Shown piece by piece: positions 45,041 through 56,246 of a stretch of 64,000 nt of DNA. A program made the position numbers and the translations under genes. Every line of letters begins with the position of its first letter. Within the stretch, counting starts at the first letter, position 1. Where the stretch lies: NCBI GenBank assembly GCA_963727525.1, contig CAVSGO010000007.1, positions 896,001 to 960,000 of the forward strand, read 5' to 3'. The stretch is from an uncultured bacterium (GTDB lineage Bacteria > Krumholzibacteriota > Krumholzibacteriia > LZORAL124-64-63). The notes beneath the pieces were generated by a model. The model was not told the origin of the DNA. It saw only the letters and a list, made by a program, of their open reading frames with translations, and searched no databases.

Positions 45041-46396
45041 TCAGAGGATGTACCGGCTCAGGTCCTCGTCCCGGACCACCGTCCGCAGCCGCTCGCGCAC
45101 GTACGCGCCGTCGATCGTCACTTCGCCCGACCGCACGTGCGGCACGTCGTAGAGCAGGTCGTCGAGCACGAGAGCCATGATGGTCTGCAACCGGCGCGCG
45201 CCGATGTTCTCGAGGCGCGAGTTGAGCTGGGTGGCCATGCGGGCGACCTCGGCAATCGCATCATCCGTGACGATGACGGTGCAGCTATCCACGCTCAACA
45301 ATGCCTGGTACTGCTTCACCAGCGAGCCGTCGGTCTCGCCCAGGATGCGCACGAAATCGCCCTCGCCCAGGTCGTCCAGCTCCACGCGCACGGGGAAGCG
45401 CCCCTGCAACTCCGGGATCATGTCGCTCGGCTTGGTCATGTGGAACGCACCGGCCGCGATGAAGAGCACGTGATCCGTGCGCACCGGCCCGTACTTGGTG
45501 GCGACGGTGGCGCCCTCGACGATGGGCAACAGGTCGCGCTGCACGCCCTCGCGACTCACGTCGGGGCCGCCAGAACCCTGGCCGCGGCCGCCGGCGATCT
45601 TGTCGATCTCGTCGAGGAAGATGATGCCGCCCTGCTCCACGAGATCGATCGCCTCGGCAACGATCTGGTCCTGGTCGAGGCGCCGTTCGGCCTCCTGCTC
45701 GACCAGCGCCTTGCGGGCCTGCGCCACGGTGACCATGCGCTCCGACTTCTCCTTCGGAAAGATGTTCTTGAGGCTCTCGCCGAATGACGCGTCGAACTCC
45801 TCGCCCGCCGACGTGAAGATGTTCGCGATGGGCACCTTGGATCTCTCGGTGATGATGGTCACCTGCCGATCCTCGAGCACTCCGGATCGGAGCTGTTCGC
45901 GGATCTTGCCGCGGCTGCGCTCCCAGCGCACCCTGCGCTCGGGGTCCTCGTCGGCCAGGGGCGGAAAGAGCAGGTCGACGAGGGCTTCCTCCACGGCCTG
46001 GTCGATCTCCTCGCGATGGGCCGCCTCCTTGCGTGCGCGCACCACGGCGATGCCGTTCTCCACGAGGTCGCGCACGAGGGAGTCGACATCGCGGCCCACG
46101 TAACCGCGCTCGGTGAACTTGGAGGCCTCGGTCTTGAGGAAAGGCAGCCCGGCGATCTGGGCGAGGCGCCGCGCGATCTCCGTCTTGCCCACGCCCGTGG
46201 GGCCGATCATGATGATGTTGTTGGGCACGACCTCGCGCCGCACCTCCTGCGGCAGGCGCATGCGCCGCCAGCGGTTGCGCAGGGCGATGGCCACGGCGCG
46301 CTTGGCTGCGGCCTGGCCCACGATGAAGCGGTCGAGCTCGCCGACGATGTCGGCGCACGAGCGGTCGGTGGACCCGGGCAGCTGCTTGATCTCCAT
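45041..46396 (-). CDS. hslU: ATP-dependent protease ATPase subunit HslU
   Basis: GPTGVGKTEIARRLA, GYVGRDV, DEIDKI, ELQGRFP, ENIGARRL, C-terminal YIL. Confidence 0.97.
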   Translation of the reverse strand: MEIKQLPGSTDRSCADIVGELDRFIVGQAAAKRAVAIALRNRWRRMRLPQEVRREVVPNNIIMIGPTGVGKTEIARRLAQIAGLPFLKTEASKFTERGYVGRDVDSLVRDLVENGIAVVRARKEAAHREEIDQAVEEALVDLLFPPLADEDPERRVRWERSRGKIREQLRSGVLEDRQVTIITERSKVPIANIFTSAGEEFDASFGESLKNIFPKEKSERMVTVAQARKALVEQEAERRLDQDQIVAEAIDLVEQGGIIFLDEIDKIAGGRGQGSGGPDVSREGVQRDLLPIVEGATVATKYGPVRTDHVLFIAAGAFHMTKPSDMIPELQGRFPVRVELDDLGEGDFVRILGETDGSLVKQYQALLSVDSCTVIVTDDAIAEVARMATQLNSRLENIGARRLQTIMALVLDDLLYDVPHVRSGEVTIDGAYVRERLRTVVRDEDLSRYIL

Positions 46397-46962
46397 CACA
46401 CCGTCTCCTCGCGCACGCCGCCCGGCGCGCCCAGCTCCAGCACCGTCACATGCCGGTTCGTGTAGATGCAGATGTCACCGGCGATCTCGAGCGCAGCGCG
46501 GCAGATTCCCGCGGCATCGAGTTGACCATGCATCGTGAGGGCGCGGGCCGCCGCCAGCGCGTAGCCACCGCCGCTGCCGATCGCCGCCACGTGTTCCTCG
46601 GCCTCGAGGATGTCGCCGTTGCCCGACACGGTGAACACATCGTCACTGTCCATGACGATCATCATGGCCTCGAGACGTCGCAGGATGCGGTCGCTACGCC
46701 ACTCGCGCGCCATCTCCACCGTGGCGCGCCGCAGATGACCATGATAGCGATCGAGGTGCCCTTCGAACTTCTCCGTGAGGGTGAGGGCATCGGCGGCACC
46801 GCCGGCAAAGCCGACGAGCACCTGCCCGTCGCGGAGGCTGCGCACCTTCACCGCCGACTGCTTCACCGCCGTGTCGCCCAGTGTGACCTGGCCATCGCTG
46901 CCGATGGCGCCGCGGCCGTCCCTGAGCACCGCCAGGACGGTGGTGCTGCGCATGCGTGCCAT
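46396..46962 (-). CDS. hslV: ATP-dependent protease subunit HslV
   Basis: STTVLAV, DGQVTLG, GFAG, AIGSGG, DICIYTN. Confidence 0.97.
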   Translation of the reverse strand: MARMRSTTVLAVLRDGRGAIGSDGQVTLGDTAVKQSAVKVRSLRDGQVLVGFAGGAADALTLTEKFEGHLDRYHGHLRRATVEMAREWRSDRILRRLEAMMIVMDSDDVFTVSGNGDILEAEEHVAAIGSGGGYALAAARALTMHGQLDAAGICRAALEIAGDICIYTNRHVTVLELGAPGGVREETV

Positions 46963-46981
46963 GATGTGTCCTTCCGCCGCG

Positions 46982-47941
46982 TCAACGCCGTGTGCGTGCC
47001 CGCGGATGGGCTTTGAGAAATTCCTCGCGCAACCGTGCACGAGAAAGATGGGTGTAGATCTGGGTGGTCGCCAGGTTGCCGTGTCCGAGCAGCTCCTGCA
47101 CGACGCGGATGCCCGCGCCGCCATCGAGCAGGTGCGTCGCGAAGCTGTGGCGTAGCGTATGCGGGGAAACTCCACCCAGGCCCGCGAGCTCCCCGGCGTA
47201 GTGATGCACGCGCTGCTGGACGGTCCGGCGGCCGATGCGTCCGGTGCCGCGTCCGAGGAAGACCGGCTGGCGCGCCAGGTTGCCGCGCAGGATGCCGTCG
47301 GCGAGGTCGCGCCAGACGACGGGATCGAGTCGGGCGCTCAGGTAGGCGCGCAATGCCTCGTCGGCGCAACCGCACAGAGGCAGCACGCGCTCCTTGCGGC
47401 CCTTGCCGAGCACGCGCACACGCCCGTCCACGAGGTCGACGTCGCCGAGGTTCAGCCCCACGACCTCGGCCAGCCGTAGCCCCAGACCATAGATCATCTC
47501 GAGGAGCGCGCGATCACGCCGGCCACGAGGCGTGGCCGGATCCGGCAGACCGAGGATCTGTTCCAGGAGCTGCTCGTTGAGGTCGTGCGGCAGTTTGCGC
47601 TCGCGCCCGCCGCGGCCCCAGGCCAGGTTCTCGGGCGGTCCCGTGACGACGCCGCTGAGCGTCAAGTAACGGTAGAAAGCGCGGATGCTCGCCAGGTGCC
47701 GATCGACCGTGGCCCGGCTGCGCCCCAGCCGCCGCAACTTCGCCAGGTGGGCGCGCACCAGCCCGCGGTGACCGCCGAGCTGGCGCCAGTGGCCGGTATC
47801 GCCATCGGCCGGCACCACGTCCAGTTCCACGGCGGTGGCAAGGAACGCGCGCAGGTCGCGCGTATAGTGTTCGACCGTACGCGGACTGAGGTTACGCTCA
47901 GTTGCGAGATGGTCGATGAACGGTTGCAGATCGTGCGGCAC
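46982..47941 (-). CDS. xerC: Tyrosine recombinase XerC
   Basis: RDRALLEMIYGLGLR, GKGRKER, SPHTLRHSFATHLL..GH..TTQIYTH; in topA-trmFO-xerC-hslVU order. Confidence 0.87.
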   Translation of the reverse strand: MPHDLQPFIDHLATERNLSPRTVEHYTRDLRAFLATAVELDVVPADGDTGHWRQLGGHRGLVRAHLAKLRRLGRSRATVDRHLASIRAFYRYLTLSGVVTGPPENLAWGRGGRERKLPHDLNEQLLEQILGLPDPATPRGRRDRALLEMIYGLGLRLAEVVGLNLGDVDLVDGRVRVLGKGRKERVLPLCGCADEALRAYLSARLDPVVWRDLADGILRGNLARQPVFLGRGTGRIGRRTVQQRVHHYAGELAGLGGVSPHTLRHSFATHLLDGGAGIRVVQELLGHGNLATTQIYTHLSRARLREEFLKAHPRARTRR

Positions 47942-47956
47942 GTCGGCGCTCCGGCG

Positions 47957-49291
47957 TCAGCCGGCGAGGCCGGCCATGGCAAGGAAGGCCTCGAGGTCCC
48001 CGAGGCCACGCGCGCGGAGCGCCAGCTTGCGCTCACGCTTGTCGCGGATGCGTTCGTCGAGCTCTGGCAAGAGGCCGAAATTGGCGTTCATGGGCGATAG
48101 CCGCGCGCTCGTGTCGTCGAAGAGGAAACCGTGGTGGAGCCCCCCGAGGATCGTCGTGTACGGCCACGGCGGCAGCTCCTCCTCACGCAGGTCGGCCGTC
48201 AGATGCCACGCGGTGACGAGGCCGCCGGCGAGCGACTCCACGTAACCCTCCACGCCCGTGATCTGCCCCGCCAGTCGCACTGACGGGGCGGCGCGCAGGG
48301 CGAAGTTTCGCGCGAGCACCCGTGGACTGTCCACGTAAAAGTTGCGATGGAGCTGTCCCAGGCGCACGAACTCCGCCTGCTCGAGCCCGGGGATCATGCG
48401 GAAGACGCGCTTCTGTTCGCCCCACTTCAACCGCGTCTGGAAACCCACCAGCCCGTAGAGCGTGCCCTCGCGGTTCTCCTGCCGGAGCTGTACGACGGCA
48501 TGCGGCCGCTTGCCCGAACGTGGATCGATCAGGCCCACCGGCCGCAGCGGACCGAAGGCGAGGGAACGCTGCCCGCCCGCTGCGATCTCCTCGATCGGCT
48601 GGCACCCGTCAAAGAGTTCGCCGCGATCGAAGGCGTGTACATCGGCGCGTTCGGCCCGCGTGAGGGCCTCCCAGAATGCCTCGTATTGCTCGGCGTCGAG
48701 CGCCGCGTTCAGGTAGTCGGCCTCGCCTCGATCATAGCGCGACGCGCGGTACAGGCGGTCGAGATCGAGGGAGTCGCGGGTGACGGTGGGCGCGATGGCG
48801 TCGAAGAAATGCAGGCCGTCCTGCCCCGTGAGGCGGGCGAGCTCCGCCTGCAGCGCCTCGCTGGTGAGCGGTCCGGTGGCGACGATCCAGATACGATCGG
48901 GCGCGGATGGCAATGCCGTGATCTCGTCACGCGCCACCGTGATGAGAGGTTCCTCGAGCACGCGCTCGCTGACGGCCGCGGCGAAAGCCTCGCGATCGAC
49001 GGCGAGGGCCGCACCGGCGGGCACCGCACACGTGCGTGCGATCGGCAGCAGGGCGCAGCCGAGCTTGTCGAGTTCGTCCTTGAGCATGCCGCTGGCGGTG
49101 GTGGGATCGGTGCTCTTGAGTGAGTTGGAGCACACGATTTCCGCGAGGTCGCCGCCACGGTGCGCGAGGGTCGGTCTCTGCGGGCGCATCTCGTGCAGCG
49201 TCACCGGGAACCCGAATCGCGCCAGTTGCAGCGCGGCCTCGCATCCCGCGAGGCCACCGCCGACCACGTGGATATCGGGACGGCCGCTCAT
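47957..49291 (-). CDS. trmFO: Folate/FAD-dependent tRNA U54 methyltransferase TrmFO
   Basis: GGGLAGCEAA, AEIVCSNSL, FFDAIAP, VGFQTRL, AGQITGVEGY. Confidence 0.96.
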   Translation of the reverse strand: MSGRPDIHVVGGGLAGCEAALQLARFGFPVTLHEMRPQRPTLAHRGGDLAEIVCSNSLKSTDPTTASGMLKDELDKLGCALLPIARTCAVPAGAALAVDREAFAAAVSERVLEEPLITVARDEITALPSAPDRIWIVATGPLTSEALQAELARLTGQDGLHFFDAIAPTVTRDSLDLDRLYRASRYDRGEADYLNAALDAEQYEAFWEALTRAERADVHAFDRGELFDGCQPIEEIAAGGQRSLAFGPLRPVGLIDPRSGKRPHAVVQLRQENREGTLYGLVGFQTRLKWGEQKRVFRMIPGLEQAEFVRLGQLHRNFYVDSPRVLARNFALRAAPSVRLAGQITGVEGYVESLAGGLVTAWHLTADLREEELPPWPYTTILGGLHHGFLFDDTSARLSPMNANFGLLPELDERIRDKRERKLALRARGLGDLEAFLAMAGLAG

Positions 49292-52032
49292 GCGTCCGGA
49301 TCCTTCCGTTTCGCCGCTTTCTTCTTGGTCGTCTTCTTCTTGGTCGTCTTCTTCTTGGCTGTCTTCTTCTTCGCCGTCTTCTTCTTGGCCGTCTTCTTCG
49401 CCGCCGTCTTCTTGTTGCTCACCGACGTCTTCGCACCGCGCCGCCGCCTCGCCTTGGGGGCGGGGGCCTTGGCGAGCAGCACGACGGCCTCCTCGGCCGT
49501 CACGTCGGTCGGTTCGGTGCCGCGAGGCAGCGTGGCATTGCGTTCGCCGTCGGTGACGTAGGGCCCGTAGCGGCCTTTGAGCACGTGCATCGGCGCCCCG
49601 CTCTCGGGATGCGGGCCGAGGTCCTTGAGCACGGGCTTGCGGTGCTTGTTGCGGATGCGCTCGAGAGCCTCGTCCTGCGTGATCGTGAAGAGCAGGTCGG
49701 CCGACTCCACACTGGCGAAGATGCGATTGCATTCCACGTAAGGCCCGAAGCGGCCGAGACCCGCACGCACCGGCTTGCCGTTCTCGGGATCAGTGCCGAT
49801 CTCGCGCGGCAGCGACAGCAGGCGCATCGCCATGGCGAGATCGACGCGCGACGGATCGGTGCCGCGACCCAGGCTCACGCGCTTGGGTTTGCGATCGGCG
49901 TCGCCCTCGCCGAGCTGGAGATAGGGGCCGAACGGCCCCGTGCGCGCGTAGATCTTCTGGCCTGTCTCCGGATCCTGCCCGATCGGCTCCTGCGACTTCT
50001 GCCGCTGGGTCACGAAGTCGATGGCCGCCTCGGGTGTCAGCTCGTCGATGAGCAGATCCACCGGCAGGGTAGCCCGCCGCTCCTCGTCATCGCCCACCTG
50101 CACGTAGACATAGTTGCGGCCGATGCGCACGTGGATGGGTTCGCCGGTCCGGGGATCCTCGCCCACCGGCACGGCGGGGTACTCGATGCGCGGCAGTTCC
50201 TCGTCGATGCGCCGTACGAGGCCAGGATCGTCGTCGCCGCCCCGGTAGAAGGCACGCAGGAAGTCGAGCCAGTCGGCCTCACCCCGCGCGATCTCGTCGA
50301 GTCGCTCCTCCATCGCAGCCGTGAATCGCAGATCGACGTAGCGCGGGAAGTGGTCGCGCAGCAGGTGGACCACGGCCATCCCGATATACGTGGGCAGCAG
50401 AGCGCCGCTCTTCTTCACCACGTATTCGCGGTTCTGGATCGTCTCGATGATGGGCGCATAGGTCGACGGCCGGCCGATGCCCTCCTCCTCCAGCTTCTTG
50501 ATCAGCGCCGCCTCGGTGTAACGCGCGGGCGGCTGCGTCTCGTGGCGCAGCGCGTGCACCTCGGCCACGCCCTGCGGAGGAACCTCGTCCGCGGGCGCAT
50601 CCGGCGACGGAACCAGGTCGCCCGTCTTCATGTCGGGCAATAGCTCGTCGCGGTCCATGCCGCCGGCCACGCGCTTCCAGCCCGGGAACTTGACGATGGA
50701 TCCGCTGGCACGGAACAACAGCGTACGCGTGTCGCAGCCGCAGCTGAGATCGATCGACGTCTGGTCCATCACCGCGTCGGTCATCTGCGACGCGACCGTG
50801 CGCGTCCAGATGAGGCGGTACACGGCGAGGTCCTGCGGCGCGAGCACGCCAGCCAGACTGTCCGGCGTGCGGTCGATGCTGGTGGGACGGATCGCCTCGT
50901 GTGCCTCCTGGGCGCCCTTGCTCTTCGTACGATAGCGGCGGGGACCGTCGGAATACGCATCGCCGTAGATGCCGCGGATGAAGTCTGACGTCTCCGCCAG
51001 GGCCTTCTCGGCGAGATTCAGCGAGTCGGTTCGCATATAGGTGATCAGGCCGACGCGCTCGCCGTCCCCCAGATCGATGCCCTCGTAGAGGTGCTGCGCG
51101 ATCCGCATGAGGCGTCCCGGTGCGATCTTGAGCGCGTTACTGCCGGCCTGCTGCAGCGTCGATGTCGTGAAAGGCGGCGACGGACGCTGGCGCGTCTCCT
51201 TGCGCCGCACGTCGACCACGTGCCACGGCAGCGACTCGTGGCTGCGTGCGCACGCCTCGATGCCCGCAGCGGCTTCCGCGTCGAGCTGGATGCGGGTACC
51301 CGGTTCCTTGAGCTGACCGGTGGCCGGGTCGAAATCCTTGCCGGTCGCCAGGCGCACGCCATCGATCTCGTGCAGGCGCGCCGTAAAGCTCACACCGCCG
51401 GGACCATGAAGCAGCGCCTCCACGTCATGATAAATGGCGCTGTGGAAGCGCTGGCGCTCTTCCTCGCGTTCCACGACAAGGCGCACTGCCACGCTCTGCA
51501 CGCGCCCCGCGCTCAGCTTGGTGCGCACCTTCTTCCAGAGTACGGGTGAGAGGGTGTAGCCGTAGAGGCGGTCCAGGATGCGACGGCTCTCCTGCGCCCT
51601 CACGAGGCGGGTATCGACGTCGCGCGGGTTGGCGAGGGCAGCCGCGATGGCGCCGCGGGTGATCTCGTGGAATGTGATCCGGTGCACGGGGACCTTCGGC
51701 GCGAGGACCTCGAGCAGGTGCCAGCTGATCGCCTCCCCCTCCCGGTCCTCGTCCGTCGCCAGCAGCAGTTCATCGGCGTTCTTGAGGAGCGCCTTCAGTT
51801 CTGCAACGTGTTTCTTGCTGTCGGACGGCACCACGTAGACTGGCTGGAAGGCGTCGTCCACGTTCACGCCGAGGCGGCCCCAGTCCTTCTTGCGGTATTG
51901 CTCGGGGACCTCGCGGGCATTCCCAGGCAGGTCGCGGATATGGCCGTAGCTGGCCGCGACCTTGTAGTCCTTGCCCAGGAAGCGTTCGATGGTGCGGGCC
52001 TTGGCCGGCGACTCGACGATGATCAGCTTCAA
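49288..52032 (-). CDS. topA: DNA topoisomerase I
   Basis: IVESPAKA, ATDEDREGEAI, SAGRVQ, ITYMRTDS, GIGRPST, Toprim_C repeats (GPFGPY), Lys-rich tail. Confidence 0.98.
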   Translation of the reverse strand: MKLIIVESPAKARTIERFLGKDYKVAASYGHIRDLPGNAREVPEQYRKKDWGRLGVNVDDAFQPVYVVPSDSKKHVAELKALLKNADELLLATDEDREGEAISWHLLEVLAPKVPVHRITFHEITRGAIAAALANPRDVDTRLVRAQESRRILDRLYGYTLSPVLWKKVRTKLSAGRVQSVAVRLVVEREEERQRFHSAIYHDVEALLHGPGGVSFTARLHEIDGVRLATGKDFDPATGQLKEPGTRIQLDAEAAAGIEACARSHESLPWHVVDVRRKETRQRPSPPFTTSTLQQAGSNALKIAPGRLMRIAQHLYEGIDLGDGERVGLITYMRTDSLNLAEKALAETSDFIRGIYGDAYSDGPRRYRTKSKGAQEAHEAIRPTSIDRTPDSLAGVLAPQDLAVYRLIWTRTVASQMTDAVMDQTSIDLSCGCDTRTLLFRASGSIVKFPGWKRVAGGMDRDELLPDMKTGDLVPSPDAPADEVPPQGVAEVHALRHETQPPARYTEAALIKKLEEEGIGRPSTYAPIIETIQNREYVVKKSGALLPTYIGMAVVHLLRDHFPRYVDLRFTAAMEERLDEIARGEADWLDFLRAFYRGGDDDPGLVRRIDEELPRIEYPAVPVGEDPRTGEPIHVRIGRNYVYVQVGDDEERRATLPVDLLIDELTPEAAIDFVTQRQKSQEPIGQDPETGQKIYARTGPFGPYLQLGEGDADRKPKRVSLGRGTDPSRVDLAMAMRLLSLPREIGTDPENGKPVRAGLGRFGPYVECNRIFASVESADLLFTITQDEALERIRNKHRKPVLKDLGPHPESGAPMHVLKGRYGPYVTDGERNATLPRGTEPTDVTAEEAVVLLAKAPAPKARRRRGAKTSVSNKKTAAKKTAKKKTAKKKTAKKKTTKKKTTKKKAAKRKDPDA
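49321..49410. repeat. 15-bp degenerate tandem repeat encoding the (KKTAK/KKTTK)n tail of TopA
   Basis: CTTCTTGGTCGTCTT-like unit x6. Confidence 0.88.
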
Positions 52033-52078
52033 GAATCGAGGCTCCTACTCGTGTCCGCTTCCGGTCGTGTTGCCGGGA

Positions 52079-52447
52079 TCAGTGGGCGCGGGTGCCGCCC
52101 TCGGCAGCATGCCAGCGCAAGGGACCCGCCCGGTGCGCGAAGACGATGTGGTCCAGCAGTGGGTCGAGATCGCCAGGGGCCAGTGGACTCTCCGCCAGCC
52201 GCTGCGCGAATTGGATCAAGGTCTCCATCTGGGCCGCCGTGATCTGGCCCGTCCGCACGAGGGTCGTCAGGTAGCCAAACGCGGGTACCGAGAGGACATC
52301 GCGTTCCGGCTCCGCCTGCAACCGCACGGCGGTGCGGCTCGCGGACACGCCGGGCACGATCTCGTCGCCGGGCGCGAGATCCTCCTCGTCGAGCGTCTCG
52401 AGCAGGAGTGTCAACAGCGTCCGTAGATGGTCGCGTTCGGTATCCAC
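52079..52447 (-). CDS. DUF494/Smg-like protein
   Basis: R...E...LSVPAFGYL..L...G.I....E pattern; position immediately upstream of topA. Confidence 0.55.
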   Translation of the reverse strand: MDTERDHLRTLLTLLLETLDEEDLAPGDEIVPGVSASRTAVRLQAEPERDVLSVPAFGYLTTLVRTGQITAAQMETLIQFAQRLAESPLAPGDLDPLLDHIVFAHRAGPLRWHAAEGGTRAH

Positions 52448-52527
52448 GGGACGTCCTTTCCCTTCTCGGGCCGGCAGGGGCCGGTCACGCTAGCACGAGG
52501 CCCTCGGGCTGGCAAGGCGCGACGCCG

Positions 52528-55500
52528 TCACCGCCCGTGGCACTGCTTGTATTTCTTGCCACTCCCGCAGGGGCACGGATCGTTGCGGCCCACCTTGGGC
52601 AACTCCCGGCGAATCGGCTGCTGCACCGCGCCCTCGCCCCCGCCACCGCCGGCCGCCGCGGTCACGGCCGCCGGTTCCGGCGCCTCGTCGTACGCCGAGA
52701 AGTCGCGATGCTGCGCCTGGACCTGCCGCGTCGGTTCCGGCGGCGGCGGCGGCGCCACGGCGAGTTCCGCCCGGAAGTAGAGCTGCACCGACTCGGCCTG
52801 GATACTGCCCATGAGGCCCTCGAAAAGTTCGAAGCTCTCCCGCTTGTATTCCAGCAGCGGATCGCGCTGCCCGTAGGAGCGCAGCCCAATGCCGCTGCGC
52901 AGCATGATGAGTTCGTTGAGGTGATCGCGCCACTTCTCATCGATCACGCGCAGCAGCACGAAGCGCTCGAGCTGCGCGCTGATGGCCTCGCCCAGACGCT
53001 CCGCCTTGCGGCGCCGCGCGTCTCGCGCATGTTCGAGCAGGCGTTCGCGCAGGGCATCATGCCCGAGCTCGATGTACTCGTCCTTGGCCAGCGGCACCGG
53101 GGCGAGCACGAGGCCCTGGTAGCGATGGGCCAGATCGTCCATGCGCCAGAAGTCGGGCGGCTGCTCGGGATCGATGCAGTCGTCGACGATGCCCTCGACA
53201 GCAGCGTCGAGGAAGTCGTCGAGCACGGTGTGGATATCCTCGTCGATGAGGATCTCGCGGCGCTGGGCGTAGATGACCTCGCGTTGCTTGTTGACGACGT
53301 CGTCATACTCGATCAGGTGCTTGCGGATGTCGAAGTTGTGGCCCTCGACACGGATCTGGGCCTTCTCGATGGCGCGGGTCACCATCGGGTGGGTGATGAC
53401 CTCGTCCTCCTTCACGCCGAGCTTGTCCATGACCTTCATCATGCGGTCCGGACTGAAGAGGCGCATGAGGTCGTCCTCGAGCGAGAGGAAGAACACGGCC
53501 GCGCCGGGATCGCCCTGGCGACCCGAGCGTCCGCGAAGCTGGCGGTCGATGCGCCGGCTCTCGTGCCGCTCGGTGCCGATGATATGCAGGCCCAGCGGCT
53601 CGTCCTTGATGTCCTCCGGCGACAGTTCCGGATCCTGGGCCCAGCGCTCCGGGAGGTTCTTGATGGCGGGGTCGAGCTTGATATCGGTACCGCGGCCGGC
53701 CATGTTCGTGGCGATGGTCACCGCGCCCACGCGGCCCGCCTCGGCCACGATCTCGGCCTCCCGCAGGTGATGTTTGGCGTTGAGCACGTTGTGGTTGATG
53801 CCGCGGATCTTGAGCAGTCGGCTCAGCAGTTCCGACGCCTCCACCGTCGTCGTGCCCACGAGCACGGGCAGCCCCAGCTTGTGGATGCGCCCCACCTCGT
53901 CGATGATGGCCTTGTACTTCGCCTTCTTCGTGAGGTAGATGACGTCGTTGTACTCGGCACGCGCGACCGGCCGGTTCGTGGGGATGACCACCACGTCCAG
54001 CTCGTAGATCGAGTTGAACTCGGCCTCCTCCGTCTCTGCCGTACCCGTCATGCCGGACAGCTTGTCGTACATGCGGAAGAAGTTCTGGATGGTCACAGTG
54101 GCGAGAGTCTGCGTCTCCTTCTCGACAGTGACGCCCTCCTTCGCCTCCAGCGCCTGGTGCAGGCCCTCGCTGAAGCGGCGGCCCGGCATGAGACGACCGG
54201 TGAACTCGTCGACGATGAGGATCTTGCCGTCCTGGACGACGTACTCGTCGTCCTTCTCGTACAAGGCATACGCACGCAGGAGCTGATCGACGTTGCTGAT
54301 CTGCTCGTTCTTGACGGCGTACTCCTGCTCGACCTTGGCCAGCTTCTTTGCGCGCTGCTCCGGCGTGAGGTCGCTGTTGCCCTCGATCTCGGACGCGGCC
54401 TCGGCCAGGTCGGGCAGCACGAAGAAGTCGCGCTCCCGTTCGGCCAGGTAATCGCGGCCCTTCTCCGTGAGATCGACGTTGTGGTTCTTCTCCTCCACGA
54501 TGTAGAAGAGGTCCTCATCGGCCTCCCACATGGCCTTGTCGCGCATGAAGGCTTCCTCGGTGCGCTGCACCGTCTCCAGCACGCCGGGGATGTGAGTGAG
54601 CTTGCGGTAGCGCTTGTTCTTGGGCGCACCGCGGCTGATCCGCAGGAGCTTGAGGCGAGTGTCGTCGTCCAGCTCCACGTTGTCGCCGCTGTCGGCGCCG
54701 CGCAGCGCGCGCTCGCAGTCGGTGATCCACTCGTTGACGATCTGGAGCTGCGAGCGGACCAGACGATCGACTCGCGGCTGCAGTTCGTGGAAACGGTGGG
54801 TCGATTTGTCCACCGCGCCGCTGATGATGAGCGGCGTGCGCGCCTCGTCGATGAGCACCGAGTCGACCTCGTCGACGATCGCGTAGAAGAAGCCGTGCTG
54901 CACCAGGTGTTCCGGGTGCACCGACATGTTGTCGCGTAGATAGTCGAAACCGAACTCGTTGTTCGTGCCGTAGGTGATCTCGGCGGCGTAGGCCTCGCGC
55001 CTCTGGTCCGGCGTCATGTCGTTCGTGATGAAGGCGACCTTGCAGCCGAGGAAGGTGAGCACTCCGCCCATCCACTCGGCGTCGCGACGGGCCAGGTAGT
55101 CGTTCACCGTGACGAGGTGGGCGCCCTTGCCGGGAATCGAGTTGAGGTACAGGGGCATGATGGCCACGAGGGTCTTGCCCTCACCGGTGGCCATCTCCGC
55201 GATCTGGCCATTGTGAAGGACGACGGCACCGACGATCTGCACGTCGTAGGGAACCATGTCCCAGGTCTGCTCCTGGCCCCAGACGAGCCAGGACGCTTTC
55301 CGGTCGGAAAGGCGGCGGCAAGCCTCCCAGACCACGCCGAAGGCCTCGGGCAGCAGGTCGTCGAGGCTCTCGCCAGCCTCGTGGCGCTGACGGAACTCGT
55401 CGCGCTTCCCCCGCAGCTCGTCGTCGCTGAGAGACTCGTACTGGCCGCGAACGGCCTTCACGCGCTCGAGGACCGGGCGGATGCGATCGATGTCTCGGCG

Positions 55501-55548
55501 TCGTTTGCCGAAGAAGCGCTCCAGGAAGCCGAGCAGGCCCTTGGCCAT
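52528..55548 (-). CDS. secA: Preprotein translocase subunit SecA
   Basis: [39 protein letters not shown]-terminal [13 protein letters not shown]. Confidence 0.98.
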   Translation of the reverse strand: MAKGLLGFLERFFGKRRRDIDRIRPVLERVKAVRGQYESLSDDELRGKRDEFRQRHEAGESLDDLLPEAFGVVWEACRRLSDRKASWLVWGQEQTWDMVPYDVQIVGAVVLHNGQIAEMATGEGKTLVAIMPLYLNSIPGKGAHLVTVNDYLARRDAEWMGGVLTFLGCKVAFITNDMTPDQRREAYAAEITYGTNNEFGFDYLRDNMSVHPEHLVQHGFFYAIVDEVDSVLIDEARTPLIISGAVDKSTHRFHELQPRVDRLVRSQLQIVNEWITDCERALRGADSGDNVELDDDTRLKLLRISRGAPKNKRYRKLTHIPGVLETVQRTEEAFMRDKAMWEADEDLFYIVEEKNHNVDLTEKGRDYLAERERDFFVLPDLAEAASEIEGNSDLTPEQRAKKLAKVEQEYAVKNEQISNVDQLLRAYALYEKDDEYVVQDGKILIVDEFTGRLMPGRRFSEGLHQALEAKEGVTVEKETQTLATVTIQNFFRMYDKLSGMTGTAETEEAEFNSIYELDVVVIPTNRPVARAEYNDVIYLTKKAKYKAIIDEVGRIHKLGLPVLVGTTTVEASELLSRLLKIRGINHNVLNAKHHLREAEIVAEAGRVGAVTIATNMAGRGTDIKLDPAIKNLPERWAQDPELSPEDIKDEPLGLHIIGTERHESRRIDRQLRGRSGRQGDPGAAVFFLSLEDDLMRLFSPDRMMKVMDKLGVKEDEVITHPMVTRAIEKAQIRVEGHNFDIRKHLIEYDDVVNKQREVIYAQRREILIDEDIHTVLDDFLDAAVEGIVDDCIDPEQPPDFWRMDDLAHRYQGLVLAPVPLAKDEYIELGHDALRERLLEHARDARRRKAERLGEAISAQLERFVLLRVIDEKWRDHLNELIMLRSGIGLRSYGQRDPLLEYKRESFELFEGLMGSIQAESVQLYFRAELAVAPPPPPEPTRQVQAQHRDFSAYDEAPEPAAVTAAAGGGGGEGAVQQPIRRELPKVGRNDPCPCGSGKKYKQCHGR

Positions 55549-55646
55549 GAATCCACTCCTCAAGATGGGTCCGGGCGCGCCACCAGGCCTGCGCGCCACG
55601 CGGGGAAGGTAGAGGGGGCGTGTTGGGGTGTCAACCGTGCCGGACC

Positions 55647-56246
55647 TCAGGTCCCGGCCAGGTGGCGCGTAACCTGTACCGCCGCGGCAGCGGCAAGCGG
55701 CACCAGGATATTGTCGAGTCGGCGGCCCGCAAGGCGTTCGCCGAGGGCCGCCGCGGCGGCTCCGGCCACCGCCGGGAGCCACGCGCCCCCCGTCACCACC
55801 AGGATGGCCGGCGCCGTCACGGCGAAGCATGCGACGGTACCGACGAGCGTCTTGTGCCCGGGCGGCCACCCGCGCCTGCGAGCCCAGGCCCGACCCACGA
55901 GCGCCGCGGCGGCGTCGCCGAGGGCGAGGGCGAGGATACCGGCGGCGGCAGCCTCCCGCGAAAACAGGGCCGCCGTGAGCGCATATCCGACGAGCAGCAT
56001 GGCGGCCCCGGAGAGCTGATGACGTTCCGCCGGCCGGAACACCCCCGGCAGCGCGCGATCCAGACCGTCCTGCCAGCCGGGACGGCGCCTGCGCGCCACG
56101 TCGAGGCCGATGCCGACGCCGGCCGCGGCCACGAGACCGGCCCGCGCCACTGGGGTGGGGACCGCGAGGACCCACACGGCCGACAATCCCGTGGCGGCGT
56201 GGATCAGCTTGCGTCGGGTTTCGCCCGCTGGCGACGGCGCAATCAC
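55647..56246 (-). CDS. CTP-dependent polyprenol/diacylglycerol kinase family (SEC59/VTE5/DGK1-like)
   Basis: [26 protein letters not shown]. Confidence 0.8.
   Translation of the reverse strand: MIAPSPAGETRRKLIHAATGLSAVWVLAVPTPVARAGLVAAAGVGIGLDVARRRRPGWQDGLDRALPGVFRPAERHQLSGAAMLLVGYALTAALFSREAAAAGILALALGDAAAALVGRAWARRRGWPPGHKTLVGTVACFAVTAPAILVVTGGAWLPAVAGAAAAALGERLAGRRLDNILVPLAAAAAVQVTRHLAGT

Noticed and set aside
37054-47941. Two tyrosine recombinases as possible phage or island integrases
   Set aside because: Both have XerC/XerD signatures, sit in housekeeping operons and have a dif site nearby; no att sites or cargo seen.
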